Source of the DNA: Nitrospirota bacterium
GTDB lineage: Bacteria; Nitrospirota; UBA9217
DNA: 64,000 nucleotides
Reading direction: 5' to 3'
Assembly: GCA_963749655.1 (NCBI GenBank)
Contig: CAVVOB010000020.1
Span: 100,961 to 164,960 of the forward strand
The translations under genes and the position numbers were made by a program. The first letter of the stretch is position 1. The number at the start of each line of letters is the position of its first letter. Under the pieces are notes generated by a model. The model was not told where the DNA came from. It made no database searches and was given only the letters and a program-made list of their open reading frames with translations. This document shows, in pieces, positions 59,790 through 64,000 of the stretch.

Positions 59790-59912
59790 GTTTTGAGTTA
59801 TTAGTTTTGAGTTTTTAGTTGGCGTCGCTTGTACTCACGAAAACAGTTATGAGTTTCAAGTTCGTAGCTTTGAGTTGTTAACTAAAAACTACAAACTCAA
59901 AACTAAAAACTG
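59790..59912. repeat. Inverted heptamer arrays (TTTTGAG / CTCAAAA)
   Basis: Complementary tandem arrays flank a short spacer. Confidence 0.7.
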
Positions 59913-59923
59913 TATTTTTTGCC

Positions 59924-60733
59924 TTATCGCGCCAGCCATACGCCTGCGATCGCCGCGGCGAGGGCCAGCCGGTACCAGACAAAGAGGTTCAGCGAATTCC
60001 GGTTCAGATAGGTGAGCAGGAACTTGATGCTCAGGTATCCGACCACGGCGGAGAACAGGGCCCCTGCCGCGAACGGACCTGCCTCTCCCGGCGCCAGGTG
60101 GAGTTTGTGAAGTTTCAGCACGGCCGCGCCGGCGATGACCGGCGTGGACAGGAGAAAAGAGAACCGCGCTGCGCTCTCGCGCGTGAACCCGGCAAAAAGC
60201 CCGGCAGTGATGGTGCTGCCCGACCGGGAGACTCCCGGAACAAGGGCCAGGGCCTGGGCGCAGCCGATGAACAGTGCGCGGCCGAGCGTCATTTTGTCCA
60301 TGCTGTCGGTCCGGGGCATGAAACGGTCGGCGATCCAGATCACCAGACTGAAGACCGTCAGGGATGCGGCGATCAGGACCGGGTTTCGGAAGCTCTCCTC
60401 GACCACATGTTCATACTTCATTCCGAGAACGCCTGCGGGGATCGTCGCCAGAACGATGAACCATACCAGCCTGCCTTCTCCGGTTCTCCAGCTGCCGTCT
60501 CCGAAGCCGGTGAGGAATTTGCGCAGAAGGTCGAGCCAGTCGCGCCAGAAATAGGCCAGGATCGCCACGAGGGTGCCTGCATGCAGAGCCACGTCGAAAT
60601 TCAGGCTGTCGATGAGCGTTCCCTGCCATCCGAACATCCAGGGAATAACGATCAGGTGGGCCGACGAACTGATGGGCAGGAACTCGGTAATGCCCTGGAC
60701 GATGCCGAGAAATATCGCTTCAAATAATATCAT
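59924..60733 (-). CDS. uppP: Undecaprenyl-diphosphatase
   Basis: QGITEFLPISSSAH, PGVSRSGSTI, AARFSFLL. Confidence 0.96.
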   Translation of the reverse strand: MILFEAIFLGIVQGITEFLPISSSAHLIVIPWMFGWQGTLIDSLNFDVALHAGTLVAILAYFWRDWLDLLRKFLTGFGDGSWRTGEGRLVWFIVLATIPAGVLGMKYEHVVEESFRNPVLIAASLTVFSLVIWIADRFMPRTDSMDKMTLGRALFIGCAQALALVPGVSRSGSTITAGLFAGFTRESAARFSFLLSTPVIAGAAVLKLHKLHLAPGEAGPFAAGALFSAVVGYLSIKFLLTYLNRNSLNLFVWYRLALAAAIAGVWLAR

Positions 60734-60943
60734 ACACTCCCTCGTGATGCATGCTTTCCTTGATGTACGTCTGCGGCCGGCGCAGACTGTCGCATTATTT
60801 CACAATGGGGGGAGGAATTCAAGATGTTTTGAAGGGGAGCAGGGCCTTTTTCGGGGACAGAGGGCGCAGTGGAAGGACAAAAAACGGGAGTGGAGGATGT
60901 CCGCGACACCGGGACAGGCAATACGCAATACACCGAAACGGTT

Positions 60944-61014
60944 GACAGGATAACAGGATTAACGGGATGTTAAAAGGGTAAGGTTTTCATCGGACTTTAT
61001 CCTGTTATCCCGTC
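60944..61014. repeat. Short inverted tandem repeat (ACAGGAT / ATCCTGT)
   Basis: GACAGGATAACAGGAT ... ATCCTGTTATCCCGTC. Confidence 0.55.
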
Positions 61015-61047
61015 GACAGAGGCTTTGCTTTTCGGTTAGGATTGAGA

Positions 61048-62073
61048 CTAGACCCTGACCACGATTTTTCCGAAGAACTGCCGGGAGAGGAGTTTTTCGT
61101 ACGCTTTCGGTGCTTCGTCGAAATCGAAGACGGAATCAATGACCGGTTTCAGCAAGCCGGGGGACAGCTCCAGGCACTGCCGGAAAGCAGACTTCGGCCC
61201 CACGTACACGCCGTGCACGGTCAGGTTCTTGCCGAAGAGGTACCGGAGTCCGATTTTCACCTCGTCGCCCGATGTGGCGCCGAAGGTCACGAGCCTGCCT
61301 CCCCGCTTCAGGCACGACAGGGACTTGGCGAACGTGGCCGCGCCTACATGATCGACGGCAATGTCGACGAGCTCGCCTTTCGTGATGCGCTTCACGGCTT
61401 CGGCAAAATCCTCGCTCCTGTGGTTGATGACGAAGTGCGCGCCCAGGTCGCGGGCCTTTGCAGCCTTCCAGTCGTCGCCCACGGTGGTGATGACCGTCGC
61501 ATTGAACAGTTTCGCCGTCTGGATCAGCGCCGTTCCGACGCCGCTCCCGGCCGCGTGGGCCAGGACCGTGTCGCCCTGCGAAATGCCGGCGCGCAGGACC
61601 AGGGAGTTCCAGGCCGTGGTGTAGACGATGCCGATGCAGGCGGCCTCCTCGAAGCTGAGGCCCGCGGGCTTGGGAAAGACGTTCGCGGCAGGGACCTTGA
61701 CGAATTCCGCGGACACGCCGTTCTGCATCACGCCGAGGAGGGAAAAGCTGTTGCATTCGTTTTCCCGTCCGCTCAGGCAATGTTCGCAGCGTCCGCAGGA
61801 CAGGCCCGGATACAGGACCACTTCATCGCCGGGTTTGACGTGGGAAACGTTCCTTCCTGTTTCCGCAACAACGCCCGAGGCATCGGAGCCGAAAATGTGC
61901 GGGAGCGGGATCGCTGCCGGATAGCCGCCGCTCATGACCCAGATATCGAGATGGTTCAGGGAGAAGTCTTTCACCCGGACCAGGACCTCGTTGTCGTTTA
62001 TTTCCGGCCTGGGCAGTTCTCCCGCTTTGATACCTTGGTAGCCTTTGAGCAATTCATAGTAGAGGGCTTTCAT
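61048..62073 (-). CDS. Zinc-binding dehydrogenase / quinone reductase-like MDR protein
   Basis: LNHLD, PHIFGSD, CGRCEHC...C, AAGSGVG, FGKIVV. Confidence 0.9.
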   Translation of the reverse strand: MKALYYELLKGYQGIKAGELPRPEINDNEVLVRVKDFSLNHLDIWVMSGGYPAAIPLPHIFGSDASGVVAETGRNVSHVKPGDEVVLYPGLSCGRCEHCLSGRENECNSFSLLGVMQNGVSAEFVKVPAANVFPKPAGLSFEEAACIGIVYTTAWNSLVLRAGISQGDTVLAHAAGSGVGTALIQTAKLFNATVITTVGDDWKAAKARDLGAHFVINHRSEDFAEAVKRITKGELVDIAVDHVGAATFAKSLSCLKRGGRLVTFGATSGDEVKIGLRYLFGKNLTVHGVYVGPKSAFRQCLELSPGLLKPVIDSVFDFDEAPKAYEKLLSRQFFGKIVVRV

Positions 62074-62337
62074 GATGAACGGGACCTTTCCCGTAAAAGG
62101 ATCAAGTTGATATACAATTGAGGCTCACAGCGCCTGCTACAAGTATAGTCCGGGGAACAGCGGTGTCAATGCCGCGATTCCGGGGCGAGAACATTCTTGA
62201 CTCGAAAGAAGGGAGACTTTATACTGACCACGGCTGGGCGATGGAACCACGAAGTATGCCTCAGATCGACATGGCATCAACCCGGCAATAAACCGGTCTT
62301 ACGAAGAAAAATTATCCGCAGCATCTTTCTTCAAGAC

Positions 62338-62411
62338 CGTCATTCCGGGCTTGACCCGGAATCCAGCGGTTACCCACCATGGCCTGGATTCCTGCTTTCG
62401 CAGGAATGACG
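62338..62411. repeat. REP-like palindrome
   Basis: CGTCATTCCGGGCTTGACCCGGAATCCAG...CTGGATTCC...GGAATGACG; same family as the one inside the MITE at 37.1 kb. Confidence 0.75.
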
Positions 62412-62571
62412 AACGATAGGTTTATCTCTTGTTTAGAGGCATTGTTTAACTCCGATCTATCTGTGTTTATCCGTGTCCACCCCGTTTAGAAATTCTATTT
62501 CTAACGGCGTTCATCAGTGGTTAAATGATTTTACGGTTTACATGCGACAGACCGACGAAAGGCATTCCCCG

Positions 62572-63459
62572 ATGAAAAAGCTGAAGCTCATTGCAAACCC
62601 ATCAGCCGGCGGCGGCAGGGCGGGCAGGATCGTTCCCGAGGTGGTCAGGCTTCTGAACGCCCGCGGCGCGGGCTACGACCTGGAGATCACCACGGGCCGC
62701 GGCGACGCCGAGACAATGGCCGCCGCAGCCTGCAGCCGGGACGATATCTCGGCTATTGTGTCGATCGGCGGCGACGGCACGATGAACGAGATCGTCCAGA
62801 AGGCGGTCTTTACCGGGAAACCTGTGGCAATCGTCCCGGCGGGATCGGGCAACGATTTCTCGAAAGTGCTGAACACGCCCAAAGCGCTGGAAGGCATCGT
62901 GGACATGATCCTGGCAGGCAGGACAAAGGTCATCGATGCAGGCAGGATGAACAAAAGGTATTTTGCCAACGGCGTGGGAATCGGCTTCGACGCTGCGGTG
63001 AACTATAACACGCGCAAGGTCCGGTGGGTGAAGGCAGGGCTCGCGGTCTACTTCACGGCTTTCCTGAAGACGCTCAACCAATACCGGCCATGCCGCATGA
63101 AGATTACGATCGGCGGAGAAACGATCGAGCAGGAGCTGTTCCTGGTGAGCATCGGCAACGGCACGACGTGCGGGGGCGGGTTCCGTCTCACGCCCCATGC
63201 GCAGATCGACGACGGCCTGTTCGACATCACCATGGTGAAGCCGCTCAGCCTGCCCCGGCTGTTCTGGCATCTGCCCAAAGTCTTTCTCGGGACCATCGAA
63301 CGGACCCATCACGCCGTGACGCGCAGAGCGCCGTCGCTGATCGTGGAGAGCGAGCATCCGCTGCCGGTCCAGGTAGACGGAGAAGTGTATGCGCTGGAAG
63401 GGAACACCTGCGAAATTTCCATCGTGCCCAGGGCGCTGACGGTGATCGGGAATTTTTAG
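62572..63459 (+). CDS. Diacylglycerol/lipid kinase family (YegS/BmrU)
   Basis: NPSAGGG, GGDGT, PAGSGNDF, GGGF...DDG, QVDGE. Confidence 0.92.
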   Translation: MKKLKLIANPSAGGGRAGRIVPEVVRLLNARGAGYDLEITTGRGDAETMAAAACSRDDISAIVSIGGDGTMNEIVQKAVFTGKPVAIVPAGSGNDFSKVLNTPKALEGIVDMILAGRTKVIDAGRMNKRYFANGVGIGFDAAVNYNTRKVRWVKAGLAVYFTAFLKTLNQYRPCRMKITIGGETIEQELFLVSIGNGTTCGGGFRLTPHAQIDDGLFDITMVKPLSLPRLFWHLPKVFLGTIERTHHAVTRRAPSLIVESEHPLPVQVDGEVYALEGNTCEISIVPRALTVIGNF

Positions 63460-63514
63460 CAGCCTGCCGGTTGGTTGATCACAACTCGGAAGCAGCGTTC
63501 CCCAACGGTCAGCC

Positions 63515-63545
63515 ACTCATAACTCAAAACTCAAAACTCATAACT
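63515..63545. repeat. Heptamer array (AACTCAA/AACTCAT)
   Basis: Same unit as the array at 59.8 kb. Confidence 0.55.
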
Positions 63546-63981
63546 AGCCATCCCTGTTCAGGATGAGATCGACCATGGTCTTCCTCTGCTGGCAGAAGAG
63601 TTTTTTTACACGGCCCCGGTACTCCTCGGGGGTGATGTGCTCCTGGTGGGTGCCGTGAACGATCGTGATATGGGGGAACGCCTCTTTGAGCGCCAGCTCG
63701 TAATTATTTCTGAACGGGCAGAGCGCCTTCATGCAGTAGGTGAAGTGGATGACCTCGATGCGAAACTCCGTCAACCCGCGGATGCGCTGGAGCAGCTTGT
63801 CCGGTCCCGTAAGGGTCGGACAGCCGGGGCAGTTGATGATGCCGACGAGGTCGAGGGGTTCCTTCGCGGGATAGGCGGCAAAGGCGCCTTTGCGTTTCCT
63901 GAGGTCGGCAAGGCAGCTCGCCGACGAGCACCCGAGGTCCTGGGTCGCATTGGAGCAGGTGAGTATTCCGATCCGCGGCAT
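63544..63981 (-). CDS. CGGC domain protein
   Basis: GCSSASC, INCPGCP, YCM...CPF, HGTH; AAGGAGG RBS. Confidence 0.85.
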   Translation of the reverse strand: MPRIGILTCSNATQDLGCSSASCLADLRKRKGAFAAYPAKEPLDLVGIINCPGCPTLTGPDKLLQRIRGLTEFRIEVIHFTYCMKALCPFRNNYELALKEAFPHITIVHGTHQEHITPEEYRGRVKKLFCQQRKTMVDLILNRDG

Positions 63982-64000
63982 GATGGCCTCCTTTCGTTTG

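Noticed and set aside
35816-59912. CRISPR array
   Set aside because: The repeats are degenerate tandem 7-mers without unique spacers, and there are no cas genes.
1-64000. tRNA, rRNA, tmRNA, prophage or transposase genes
   Set aside because: None were recognised by eye; a covariance-model search was not possible.

Overview
GC-rich bacterial window (gene style suggests Nitrospirota or deltaproteobacteria; this is inference). About a dozen single-base indels split otherwise intact genes, which looks like long-read error. Bases 1-31.8 kb hold one minus-strand Wzx/Wzy-type polysaccharide locus (wza, wzc, PHP tyrosine phosphatase, wzx, wzy/ligase, GT2, GT9, priming transferase) with an unusually large tailoring set: three B12-binding radical SAM enzymes, two LpxL-type acyltransferases, an acyl-CoA ligase, a carbamoyltransferase with SxtJ/SxtK-like partners, an IolM-like cyclitol dehydrogenase, a DUF362 Fe-S protein, an AlkP-family enzyme, and a translationally coupled acetylene-hydratase-family molybdoenzyme. 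Its first gene fuses an apparently inactive nucleotidyltransferase to the priming phosphoglycosyl transferase. The rest contains a sigma54-preceded lpxC, a TPR gene, peptide ABC ATPases, integrase-less attC cassettes (including an HNH fused to a pseudo-trypsin domain), parC, yjbQ, vapBC, OmpA/RCC1/Omp85/lipoprotein genes, AraC, LuxR and ECF regulators, ftsK, uppP and several small repeat families. An 18-bp motif recurs just upstream of three sigma70-like promoters, including the polysaccharide promoter, suggesting a regulon.
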